A DNA stretch of 64,000 nucleotides from Candidatus Freyarchaeum deiterrae (GCA_037305845.1 CP147778.1:736001-800000), one strand, 5' to 3'. Positions 30,632-40,415 are shown, counted from the first letter of the stretch. The notes: generated by a model not told the origin, from the sequence alone. Made by a program: numbers and translations.

Positions 30632-31636
30632 ATGCCGAGGAGAGAAATTTTGGAGAAGTGTTTTCTTCCCACAAGCCATGTTGGTAGTATGCCCGCAGAA
30701 AATATTTCAAAAAATGTTGAAACTCAAATAGAGGGAAGTACTCCTAAAGCTGTTAGAACTCAAATAGAGGCGGGACTCGACATTCCCACCACTGGGCAGA
30801 TGTCTATGTATTTTTACAATGATATGGTTTTGCCTTACATCCTTTCTATCGAAGGTCTTGGAAGAAGAAAAGATGAAGAAAACGAGGTTGAAAATGAAAT
30901 AAGTTCGCATCCAAAAAGGAGAATTGTAGTCGAAGAAGTAATTGCGGCTATTAATGAGCTCAGAAAGTTCCCGAAAACGCAAACTCTAGGTCTTAGAGTA
31001 CCTATTACAGGACCTACTACGATAGCTTACTCCATTCCCCGTTATAATAGAGGAGGCTATAAAACACCCAATAAACTAATAGAAGATGTTGCGGAGAAGG
31101 GGCTCAAGCCGATGTTAGAGGAAATTGTAAAATATCCCGAAGTGAGTGTGATTTCTTTCAATGAACCTGCTTGGACTGATTATTACGGTTCTGAAGATGG
31201 GGGAATCTCGGTAATTAAAGATCTTTCTGACTTCGTATACGAAAAGGGAAAAAAGGAAAAAGTAGTGATCCTTCATGTTTGCGGCCTTATACGTTCAAAG
31301 CTTTTTGAGAAAATCGTAAAAATAGACGGAATTGACTTTTTAGATCTCGAATTCACCGAGTTCCCAGGAAACCTAAAAGTCATTGATCCAGACCTGTTAG
31401 AGGATAATCGCAAAAGGTTAGCGGTGGGATGCATTAATCCATACACACCTTACACGGAAAGCGAAGACTCGGTTATAAAAACTTTGGATAGTATCAGGAA
31501 AATTGGAGTTCCGCTGGAGAAAATAATGGCCAAACCGGATTGTGGATTGCGTAAGCGAACAATGGATGAAGCTAAAGCGAAATTACAAGTAATGACAGGT
31601 GCAGTAAAAAAGTTGAGGGAACAGTACAAATCGTGA
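30632..31636 (+). CDS. Divergent core (single-barrel) cobalamin-independent methionine synthase-like protein
   Basis: VGSMP, ITGPTT, NEP; Zn ligands LHVCG, DLEF, KPDCGL. Confidence 0.78.
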   Translation: MPRREILEKCFLPTSHVGSMPAENISKNVETQIEGSTPKAVRTQIEAGLDIPTTGQMSMYFYNDMVLPYILSIEGLGRRKDEENEVENEISSHPKRRIVVEEVIAAINELRKFPKTQTLGLRVPITGPTTIAYSIPRYNRGGYKTPNKLIEDVAEKGLKPMLEEIVKYPEVSVISFNEPAWTDYYGSEDGGISVIKDLSDFVYEKGKKEKVVILHVCGLIRSKLFEKIVKIDGIDFLDLEFTEFPGNLKVIDPDLLEDNRKRLAVGCINPYTPYTESEDSVIKTLDSIRKIGVPLEKIMAKPDCGLRKRTMDEAKAKLQVMTGAVKKLREQYKS

Positions 31637-31920
31637 TTACTATGCAAGAAAAAGAAACAAGTTCCAATGAGAGTATTTTGTTGACAAATAAATCAAGAAG
31701 AGAAATCCTATTAATTCTGGGGAAGGGCGGCGATTTCCCATCGGAAATTGCTAGAAAATTGAGCAAACATAAAAGTACAATAATTTTTCACCTAGAAAAG
31801 TTAAAAAATGCGGGTTTAATTAGAGAACTGCCTGCCGAGCAGACAGACTCTGGTTATAAAAAAATTTTTGAAATTACAGAGAGTGGTAAAAAGCAATTAG
31901 AGAAACTAACTTTCAAATAA
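31633..31920 (+). CDS. ArsR-family winged-helix regulator
   Basis: RREILLIL...SEIARKL...STIIFHLEKLKNAGLI; overlaps the upstream stop. Confidence 0.88.
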   Translation: MITMQEKETSSNESILLTNKSRREILLILGKGGDFPSEIARKLSKHKSTIIFHLEKLKNAGLIRELPAEQTDSGYKKIFEITESGKKQLEKLTFK

Positions 31921-32124
31921 AAAAACACAATTTTTGCAACGACACGATGCTTCACTTTTTAGGTTTTATGATATTAGAACCTTTGGCTCCCTTCTTAGAT
32001 TTCAAAACATTCTCACCCTTTTTTCTTTTTCAAGATTAAGCTGGCATAAACAGTTTTCCTCAAAAACTTGGAAAGAAGTATGTTAGGCATCTTCCCACTT
32101 GGATGTTTTGTGTGGGGTAACTTC

Positions 32125-33165
32125 TCAGTAGTATGAGGTTTCCGTGGAATCGGTTATGTCTTCGAGGAATTTTTGATATTGAGGTATAATTTTTCCTTTA
32201 AGTTCCACCGCTAGGATGAGGTTTACTTTCGCAATTTTTCTAAGGAAGGATTCAACGAGTGTTTCGTTTGTTTCTCCGTTTACTTTTAGGGCTAGTTTTT
32301 CGGGGGTCATGCACTCCAGGAGTACGCTCATGATTTCTTCTCGGTCATAGGTTTTATCGAGGGAGAAGATTTTGAGAACCTCATTTCCCCCGATTCTTGT
32401 GAAGAAAAGTTTTATTTCTTGTAAGTCTTTTCTGAGGAGGTTTGATACTCCTGCTCTAATTGCGTTCCAGACAAAGTCATACGCAACTCCTTCTCCTCTT
32501 ATAGCAAAAATGGAGAGAAGAATGTCCTCCAACTGTTTTTGATCCTTTAATTCTTCAATGACTTTAATGAATTTTTCAGTGGCGATATTTTTTATAAATT
32601 CTTCAACAAGTAGTGGATCTATCGCGACTAAGCACCGCAGACACAGGGCTAAAGAAGATAGGTCTTCTGAGCCGCTCAACTTTATAATGATCTGGTTCCA
32701 ATTCAGTTTTAGGGCTAATTCTTTCGCCAGTATTTGGTTTACCGAACTCATGGAATCCAAAAAATAGACAGGAGTCATTATATCCCCCGCTGACTTGTTA
32801 AGTTTGTCTATGAGAACCTCTTTGTTCATATTCTCGGCTAACCACTCTGGTACCCAACTGGATTGCGTTTCGCTAGAAGCTTGTCCGGTATAACTGAAAA
32901 ACTTTCTAATCACTTCTAAATTGTTTTCGCTGTCCAGCTTTACAACCAAATCTGTTAAATCTAAACCGTTAAGTATCTCTTCAACAAGGTTCTTGCTCTC
33001 ATAACTCATTTGAAGAACCACGAGAGCTACCTTACTTAAATCAATGTTTCTGTTAAGCTCGTCTACCACCGTCTTAAGCTCATCCACCGACTGCAGAGCT
33101 CGACGGATTAGCTCTCTACTCTCGTTCAAAAGCCTGTTATATTCCGAAGGGTTTTCGTGAATCAT
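32125..33165 (-). CDS. Hypothetical alpha-helical protein
   Basis: 346-aa ORF with SD GAGG; no recognised motif. Confidence 0.75.
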   Translation of the reverse strand: MIHENPSEYNRLLNESRELIRRALQSVDELKTVVDELNRNIDLSKVALVVLQMSYESKNLVEEILNGLDLTDLVVKLDSENNLEVIRKFFSYTGQASSETQSSWVPEWLAENMNKEVLIDKLNKSAGDIMTPVYFLDSMSSVNQILAKELALKLNWNQIIIKLSGSEDLSSLALCLRCLVAIDPLLVEEFIKNIATEKFIKVIEELKDQKQLEDILLSIFAIRGEGVAYDFVWNAIRAGVSNLLRKDLQEIKLFFTRIGGNEVLKIFSLDKTYDREEIMSVLLECMTPEKLALKVNGETNETLVESFLRKIAKVNLILAVELKGKIIPQYQKFLEDITDSTETSYY

Positions 33166-33607
33166 TTACCCTCAAATCCTCCTATCCGTTTTATAGACAA
33201 TACTCGATAACTGGCGATGAGTCCTGTATTTTATATGGAAATTTAAAATTATTAACGTTTTGATTATCTCTGATTATAAAGCTAAATCACATTCTTTTTT
33301 TAGTGAAAAAAGCCAATCAGAAGGCTTAAATATTATTTTTTGTCTCATTCCTAATGCTAGGGAGGTTAAACGGAAGTGTATCGCTGCCAAATTTGTTAGT
33401 TAAAACGCAGAACTACTTCTCAGTTGAAAGAGGGCAAAGTCTTCCGTTGAAAACTTTTAATAATACCCTTAAAATTAGTTTAAGGGAATTAGCCTTTAAA
33501 ATAGCCTCTCTAATTGAAACATATTCTAAGAAAACTTTTAGAGCGGCAACCGTTTATTTACAATTCTTAATCAAAGCTAAATCAAATCAGTGTTGGAAGT
33601 GACGATT

Positions 33608-36600
33608 ATGACACTCTACAAAGAGGTGGAAACCAACCCCGATTACCCCAAACTCGAAGAAGAAATCCTACAATCCTGGAAGAAAAACAACATATTCCAA
33701 AAAACCCAAAAAAACCGGGAGAACAGCGAAAAAAGATTCGTTTTCCTCGAGGGCCCACCCACAGCCAATGGTTTACCCCATGTGGGCCATGTACTAACCA
33801 GGTCAGTTAAAGACGTCGTCCTGAGATATAGGACAATGAAGGGTGAATATGTAAACCCCCGTCGTGCGGGTTGGGACACCCATGGGCTTCCTGTGGAGCT
33901 CGAGGTTGAGAAGGAGCTTGGATTGAATAGTAAAAAAGAGATTGAGGAGTACGGAGTTGCGAAGTTTAACGCCAAGTGTAGGGAGAGTGTTTTTCGCTAC
34001 GAGAAGGAGTGGGTTCGGATGACGGAGAGGGTGGCCGCCTGGCTGGATATGGATAATCCTTACGTTACTCTAACCCCGGATTATATTGAGTCCGTGTGGT
34101 GGTCCTTGAAACAGATATGGAATAAGGGGAAACTGTTCCAAGATTACTATGTGGTTTTGTATTGTCCTCGTTGCGGGACTCCTCTGAGTGCTCATGAGGT
34201 GGCGCTCGGCGGCTATAAGGATGTTAAAGACCCCTCGATTCACATCAAGTTCAAATTGTTGGGTGAGGCGGATACTTATTTTCTGGCTTGGACGACTACT
34301 CCTTGGACACTGCTTTCTAATGTAGCTTTGGCGGTTCACCCCGATTATGATTATATTCTTGCGGAGAAAGATGGTGAGCACCTGATTCTGGCTAAGGATC
34401 TTCAGATGGTTCTTGAGGGCGATTATAAGATTATTAGACAGTTTAAAGGCAAGGACTTAGAGGGAATGGAGTATGAGCCATTATTCGATTTTGTGAAGCC
34501 GGAGAAAAAAGCTTATGTCGTGGTTTTGGGAGATTTCGTAACCCTCACTGAGGGTACTGGAATCGTGCACATGGCTCCAGCTTTTGGTGCCGAAGACTTT
34601 GAGATGGCTAAAAAGTACGACTTAGCAGTAATTCAACTAGTTGACGAAGCGGGACGCATAACAAAGGAAGCCCAACCCTTTGCAGGGATGAAAGTTAAGG
34701 AAGCAGATAAGCACATTATTGAGGCTCTGAGAGAGAAAGGACTCCTCTTTCGTCAGGGTACTCTGGAGCACGCTTATCCCTTCTGCTGGCGATGCAGCAC
34801 ACCTCTTCTCTACTATGCGATAGAGACATGGTATATTAATCTGAATTCGGTACGAGAGGATTTGATCAAGAATAATGAGAAAATAAACTGGTACCCGCGC
34901 CATCTTAAGCATGGTCGTTTCGGCAACTTTCTCGAGGAAGAAAAGAACTGGGCTCTCAGCCGCAACCGGTTCTGGGGAACCCCCCTCCCGATATGGAAGT
35001 GTGAGAATAAACACTGCGTCTGTGTGGGAAGTTTTGAAGAACTGGAGAAATATGCTGGAAAGCTTCCTGAGGGTTTTGATCCTCACAGGCCGTTTGTGGA
35101 TGAGCTCACTTTTCCCTGTCCTGAGTGTAGTGAGGTTATGCACAGGGAGCCTTATGTTATTGACTGCTGGTATGATTCCGGGGCAGCATCTTTCGCGGAG
35201 CATCACTACCCCTTTGAGAATAGGGAAATCTTTGAGAAGAATTTCCCAGTGACTTTCATCACAGAAGCCATAGACCAGACTCGGGGCTGGTTTTTCACAC
35301 TCCACGCAGTGGCGACGACAGTTTTTGGCAGCAACGCTTATCAGAACGTAGTCTCTTTGGGCCATGTTTTGGACGAGAACGGTGTCAAAATGAGTAAATC
35401 CAAGGGTAACGTAGTTGATCCGAATCTGGTATTTAAGAATGAGGGTGCGGATGCGATGCGTTGGCACTTATTCGTGTCCAGTCCGCCTTGGATTCCCAAG
35501 CGTTTCAGTGAACGGATGGTCATCGAGACTAGGAACCATTTCGTGAACACCCTCTGGAACACCTACTACTTCTACCTGACCAACGCAAACATTGACAGCT
35601 TTAACCCCTACGATGAGAAATTCAAGAAGAGGGATTCCCAAAACATTTTGGACAGATGGCTGCGAAGCAAGCTAAATCGAGTTATTAAAATTGTGGACAC
35701 CAGTATGCGTAATTATATGATTCATGTGGCTGCGAGAACCATTGACAAATTTGTAGTAGATGATCTGAGCAACTGGTATATTAGACGGTCAAGGCGTAGA
35801 TTCTGGAGAGCGGAAGTGGACGACGACAAAATCACAGCCTACCACACTGTGTTTGAAACCCTGGAAACCCTTGACAGACTCCTGGCTCCCTTTATCCCTC
35901 TGATAACGGAGGCTGTGTATCAAAATCTCTCCAAGGGAAATGGAGAAGCCCCTGAAAGCGTTCATATGACAGACTTTCCAGAATTCAAGGAAGAATTTTT
36001 TGACGACGAACTGGAGAAGAGTATGGGCTTAGTGATTGAAATTTCAAGTGCCGGACGCGCTGTTAGGGCGAGCAAAAATATCAAGCTGAGACACCCCCTC
36101 AATGAACTGATAGTTGTAGCCCAACAAGAAAAACTGGACTGCATAAAACCCTTGGAAGACATACTGAGAGACGAACTCAACGTAAAAGAAGTAATTTACG
36201 AAACGGAAGATTCCAAATATGTCACATACAAACTTAAACCTAACTTCAAAGAGATGGGCCCCAAATACAAGAATCTCGCACCAAAAATAGTACAAGAAGT
36301 AGGGAGACTTGACCCCAAAGAAGCCGCTCAGAAACTAGCGGAGCAGGGAAAACTCACAGTATACACCGGTGGAAACCAGATAGATTTAACGAAAGAAGAA
36401 GTGGAAGTGGAAACCCTGGAGAAAGAAAATTATGCGATGGGCCAAACGTCTCAAGTAAAGCTGTTCCTAAACACCGAGGTCACATTGGATCTCGCGAAAG
36501 AAGCCTTAGCCAGAGAGATGGTCAGAAGAATACAAACCATGAGAAAAGAAATGAACCTCGACTACATGCAGAGAATCAAAGTCTACATCGAATGCAGCGA

Positions 36601-36757
36601 TAAAATGTTCCAGGAACTAGAAGCAAACAGCGATTACATAAAAGAAGAAACACTCGCAACACTCCTAAGACAGGGAAAAATCAAAGGATACCAAAAGGAG
36701 TGGAAACTAAACGATGAACAGATAAATATTACCATAGTCAAAGCCACTCAAAAATAG
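33608..36757 (+). CDS. ileS: Isoleucyl-tRNA synthetase (archaeal/eukaryal type)
   Basis: EGPPTANGLPHVGH, GWDTHGLP, WTTTPWTL, DQTRGWF, KMSKSKGN, SNWYIRRSR. Confidence 0.97.
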   Translation: MTLYKEVETNPDYPKLEEEILQSWKKNNIFQKTQKNRENSEKRFVFLEGPPTANGLPHVGHVLTRSVKDVVLRYRTMKGEYVNPRRAGWDTHGLPVELEVEKELGLNSKKEIEEYGVAKFNAKCRESVFRYEKEWVRMTERVAAWLDMDNPYVTLTPDYIESVWWSLKQIWNKGKLFQDYYVVLYCPRCGTPLSAHEVALGGYKDVKDPSIHIKFKLLGEADTYFLAWTTTPWTLLSNVALAVHPDYDYILAEKDGEHLILAKDLQMVLEGDYKIIRQFKGKDLEGMEYEPLFDFVKPEKKAYVVVLGDFVTLTEGTGIVHMAPAFGAEDFEMAKKYDLAVIQLVDEAGRITKEAQPFAGMKVKEADKHIIEALREKGLLFRQGTLEHAYPFCWRCSTPLLYYAIETWYINLNSVREDLIKNNEKINWYPRHLKHGRFGNFLEEEKNWALSRNRFWGTPLPIWKCENKHCVCVGSFEELEKYAGKLPEGFDPHRPFVDELTFPCPECSEVMHREPYVIDCWYDSGAASFAEHHYPFENREIFEKNFPVTFITEAIDQTRGWFFTLHAVATTVFGSNAYQNVVSLGHVLDENGVKMSKSKGNVVDPNLVFKNEGADAMRWHLFVSSPPWIPKRFSERMVIETRNHFVNTLWNTYYFYLTNANIDSFNPYDEKFKKRDSQNILDRWLRSKLNRVIKIVDTSMRNYMIHVAARTIDKFVVDDLSNWYIRRSRRRFWRAEVDDDKITAYHTVFETLETLDRLLAPFIPLITEAVYQNLSKGNGEAPESVHMTDFPEFKEEFFDDELEKSMGLVIEISSAGRAVRASKNIKLRHPLNELIVVAQQEKLDCIKPLEDILRDELNVKEVIYETEDSKYVTYKLKPNFKEMGPKYKNLAPKIVQEVGRLDPKEAAQKLAEQGKLTVYTGGNQIDLTKEEVEVETLEKENYAMGQTSQVKLFLNTEVTLDLAKEALAREMVRRIQTMRKEMNLDYMQRIKVYIECSDKMFQELEANSDYIKEETLATLLRQGKIKGYQKEWKLNDEQINITIVKATQK

Positions 36758-37081
36758 AAACCAACGCATTCAACTATTCTCTTCCTATTTTTCAGGTTTA
36801 AGGGACGATTAAGCCACAATTATCACAGCTTATAATCAAGAAGAAAAACAACAATACATCCCACAAATTTCTTGTGAAAACTTGCAACTTGTTTTTAGTA
36901 TTCTTACCATTAATTTAAATTCTGTTTCTATGATAGGTTTCACTTAAAACAATTTGAGAATTGATTAATCCAAAAATCAACAGGGAAGACTGCCGTTTCT
37001 ACGAATAGCAAGTTTAGGTATAGTTTTTATAATTGAAAGCTATAAATCATTGTGATTACAAAATTTTTAGGAGGAATATAA

Positions 37082-37726
37082 TTGGTAAGGGTAAAATGGT
37101 GGGGTCATTCTACTTTCGAGATCAGAGGCAGCAAAGTAACTGTAATTACAGACCCTCACGGCGGATCGGTGGGTCTGCCGGAGCCTAAAAGTTCTAGTGA
37201 CATTGTCCTAGTTTCACATGACCACTTTGACCACTATTCTAAAGTTGATCAAGTTAGCAAGAAGGACGCTGAAAAAGTTCTTTGGACAGAGGGTACTAAA
37301 ACGGTTAAGGGAATCCCGGTAAAGGGGATACCTGCTTATCATGACGGAAGTAAAGGAAAACAGAGAGGCAAAAACATAATCTACACCTTTAACATGGATG
37401 GAATAAACTTCTGCCATTTAGGAGATTTAGGACATGTACCATCAGAATCGCAGACAAAGGAGATAGGCAAAGTAGACGTACTGTTTATTCCCGTTGGAGG
37501 AGTCTTCACTATCGACGCTAAAGGAGCCACAGAGGTAACGAATCTAATAAAACCAAAAATAATTATTCCAATGCATTATAAAGTTCCCAATTTGCAGCTT
37601 GGTCTGGCTGAAGTTAAAGAATTCACCAGCGGAAAACCGAAGGTAAAGGAAATCAAGTCCTCGGAAGTAGAAGTATCCAAAGATACCTTACCAAAGGAAA
37701 CCGAGGTTTGGGTTCTAAGAATTTAA
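37082..37726 (+). CDS. MBL-fold metallo-hydrolase
   Basis: SHDHFDH, HLGDLGH, IPMHY. Confidence 0.9.
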   Translation: MVRVKWWGHSTFEIRGSKVTVITDPHGGSVGLPEPKSSSDIVLVSHDHFDHYSKVDQVSKKDAEKVLWTEGTKTVKGIPVKGIPAYHDGSKGKQRGKNIIYTFNMDGINFCHLGDLGHVPSESQTKEIGKVDVLFIPVGGVFTIDAKGATEVTNLIKPKIIIPMHYKVPNLQLGLAEVKEFTSGKPKVKEIKSSEVEVSKDTLPKETEVWVLRI

Positions 37727-37862
37727 AAAACCATTTCATCTTCTTTCCTTTTTAAAAAGCAATTTGAACCCTTTGATTTTTTAATACAAAGCTGTGCAAG
37801 AAATTAAAATTTTACCATCAATAAAAATACTAAAACGAGTTAAATTTTTGTAACTCGGTTTT

Positions 37863-38156
37863 TTATACATAAATAGGGGCGCTGTCAATAAACTTTTTAA
37901 TAGCACTCACAACGGATACTGTGTTTGGCGGAACGCCTATAAAAGCTACCACACCATTTATCGTAATTGTGGGAACCCCCTGAATCTGATACAAACCCGC
38001 TTTATCCCGACCACCCTTTGTCTCTACATTTACTTCATTTACTACAATACACTCTTTGAACGATCTTTCTACTTCCCTAACTGAATCCTCAACCATCTTT
38101 TTTGCTGTCGGGCAATATGGGCAGTTTTTCGAATAGAATAATTCTATTACTATCAT
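37863..38156 (-). CDS. Thioredoxin-family protein
   Basis: CPYC active site, GVPTI; ATG 38156 follows SD GAGG. Confidence 0.9.
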   Translation of the reverse strand: MIVIELFYSKNCPYCPTAKKMVEDSVREVERSFKECIVVNEVNVETKGGRDKAGLYQIQGVPTITINGVVAFIGVPPNTVSVVSAIKKFIDSAPIYV

Positions 38157-38454
38157 TTTATTACCTCTTCTCATTTGCAGTTCTGCACGGGTATTGCACA
38201 ACTAAACGAATGGGTTACCTTATTTAAGGTTTATGATTGTTAACTTCGCCGAACAACTGAGTATAAAAAGCCCAAAGAAAATAAAGATTTAAACAAATTA
38301 TACTGACTTTTGGGGGATTTAACAAATCCATATGCTTATTTCTCCTACTTCCAGTAAGAGTTTCGATTTTCGAGTAATTAACTGAATTACTAATCCTTAT
38401 ATAAAACTGGAAGATAAGAATTATGAGTAAATAATTATTAGGATGTGTTTCGCG

Positions 38455-39723
38455 ATGGCAGAGGAAAACTCGTTCCAAAATGTGTTGAATCAATTGGAAA
38501 AAACGGCTGAAATAATTAAACTTGATCCCAATATTCATAACTTTCTCAAAAGACCAGCGCGCTCATTGGAAGTATCCATACCAGTTAGGATGGATGATGG
38601 AAGCATTCAAGTTTTCGAAGGATACCGAGTACAATATAATTATGCACGTGGACCCTGTAAAGGAGGAATAAGATACCATCCCTCTGTGACTTTCGATGAG
38701 GTCAAAGCCTTAGCGGCACTAATGACTTGGAAATGCGCGGTTGTGGACATACCTTACGGCGGAGCCAAAGGAGGAGTTAAATGTGAAACCAAGGGGATGT
38801 CCGAGAGAGAATTGGAAAGACTAACTCGAAGATACACTTACATGATTATGCCAATTATAGGACCTGAAAAGGATATACCTGCGCCCGATATGTATACCGA
38901 CGAAAAGACCATGGCTTGGATGATGGACACTTATTCCATGATAACCGGGTACTCCGTGCCTGGAGTGGTGACAGGTAAACCTGTGGAACTGGGTGGGACT
39001 AAGGGTAGATCATATTCAACAGGTAAGGGAGTGATGTTCATAACCCGGAGAGCACTCGAATGCTACAATATACCTATAGAAGGTGCTACGATTGCTATCC
39101 AAGGTTTTGGAAAAGTAGGCTCATACGCAGCAGAGTTTCTGGCTGAAAAGGGATGTAAAATAGTCGGCGTCACAACTATGGATGGGGGCCTATTCAATCC
39201 AGATGGTTTGGACATACCTAAACTGTCAGAACATTATAGATTGGGGAAACCTTTTTCCGAATTTGATTATAAAAACACTGAATACGTATCAGATGTTGAT
39301 AAGGCGAATAAGCAGCTTATTAGTATGAACGTGGATGTACTGATCCCCGCTGCTATGGAGAATCAAATAACCCCTGAAAACGCAGGCGACATAGAAGCGA
39401 AGGTGATAGTGGAAGGCGCCAACGGTCCCACGACACCCAAAGCAGATGAAATCTTGATAGACCGCGGTATACCGGTGGTACCAGATATTCTAGCGAATGC
39501 CGGAGGCGTCATGGTCTCCTACTTCGAGTGGGTACAAGATCTACAAGCCTTCCTATGGACCGAGAAGGAAGTCAATGAAAGACTTAAAGATCTAATGCTC
39601 AAATCTTACGACGACGTGCTCGAGATTCAACAGAAAGAAAAAGTGGATCTACGAACCGCAGCGTACATCCTAGCAGTTAAACGAATAGCGAAGGCGATAG
39701 AGCTAAGAGGATTATTCCCGTAA
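38455..39723 (+). CDS. gdhA: Glutamate dehydrogenase
   Basis: GPCKGGIRYHP, PYGGAKGG, DIPAPD, QGFGKVG, EGANGP, NAGGV.VSYFEW. Confidence 0.95.
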   Translation: MAEENSFQNVLNQLEKTAEIIKLDPNIHNFLKRPARSLEVSIPVRMDDGSIQVFEGYRVQYNYARGPCKGGIRYHPSVTFDEVKALAALMTWKCAVVDIPYGGAKGGVKCETKGMSERELERLTRRYTYMIMPIIGPEKDIPAPDMYTDEKTMAWMMDTYSMITGYSVPGVVTGKPVELGGTKGRSYSTGKGVMFITRRALECYNIPIEGATIAIQGFGKVGSYAAEFLAEKGCKIVGVTTMDGGLFNPDGLDIPKLSEHYRLGKPFSEFDYKNTEYVSDVDKANKQLISMNVDVLIPAAMENQITPENAGDIEAKVIVEGANGPTTPKADEILIDRGIPVVPDILANAGGVMVSYFEWVQDLQAFLWTEKEVNERLKDLMLKSYDDVLEIQQKEKVDLRTAAYILAVKRIAKAIELRGLFP

Positions 39724-39979
39724 CCAATAATGAAAAAATTATTTTTCTAAATTTTTCTAATTTTTGGATTTGAAACGAATCCGAGTTTCGATAATGTCTA
39801 ACTGTAGAAATTCTATGAGGATGTTGTTCTAGGGTATACTTTCGATTTTTGTTTTTTCCTGAAGAGCTTTTATCTTTTTTATTTTTTTTATAGAAAAGGT
39901 TATATGTGGGAAGCTATTTGTATTGTTAGCGTTGGTGTACTTACTGCGAACAAGCGAAGTAACATAGAAATCAAAAGTA

Positions 39980-40336
39980 GTGATTAATGTGGACGTAACA
40001 GTAACAGAAAAAGCAAGAGAGTACATCGCCAAAGCGTCGGAATTAATTGCGAAGAATAACGGTAAACCAGCTATAGCCATATGGGCAGAAAGAATACACG
40101 CCTGAGGCGGAAGCAGAGTAGAGATAAACGTTGATGTATACACTGAAAAGGAAATTCTGGAAGCTGAAGGATTCGAAAGCAAAGGCAACCTAAATGGTAC
40201 CAATGTGCCACTCTACATTCAAAAAGCTGCTTACCCATTCCTTCCCGAAAAACTGAACGTCGAACAATCAGGGTCTATGTACAAAAGACTCTACCTAACC
40301 GATGTTTTTCCTGAACGCTGTGAAGGGCGATGTTAA
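39980..40336 (+). CDS. Probable HesB-like selenoprotein with in-frame UGA at 40103-40105
   Basis: Hand translation: (MIN)VDVTVTEKAREYIAKASELIAKNNGKPAIAIWAERIHA-U-GGSRVEINVDVY...VPLYIQK...FPERCEGRC-TAA; start GTG 39980 or 39989. Confidence 0.72.
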
Positions 40337-40341
40337 AACAC

Positions 40342-40415
40342 GGGGGTTGGAGATGACTCACATTCCAAAAAGTAGAGAATGTGGTAATCCGACGGAAAAG
40401 CGCCGTTAAATCCCC
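40342..40415 (+). promoter_or_regulatory. 3'-UTR structured element, candidate SECIS
   Basis: GGA-GAT-GA-C-TCACATTC-CAAAAAGTAGA-GAATGTGG-T-AA-TCC kink-turn hairpin; second hairpin GACGG/CCGTT; closing stem GGGGGTT/AATCCCC. Confidence 0.5.

Noticed and set aside
33213-33275. C/D-box sRNA (CGATGA ... CTGA)
   Set aside because: Imperfect C box, AT-rich interior and no clear C'/D' boxes.
33405-33448. c-di-GMP-I riboswitch or T-box upstream of ileS
   Set aside because: Only short word matches; the GGCAAAC/GGGAC and GGTGGNACC cores are absent.
39829-40203. 124-aa minus-strand ORF in the track
   Set aside because: Antisense shadow of the UGA-containing + strand gene; no motif and a low-complexity end.
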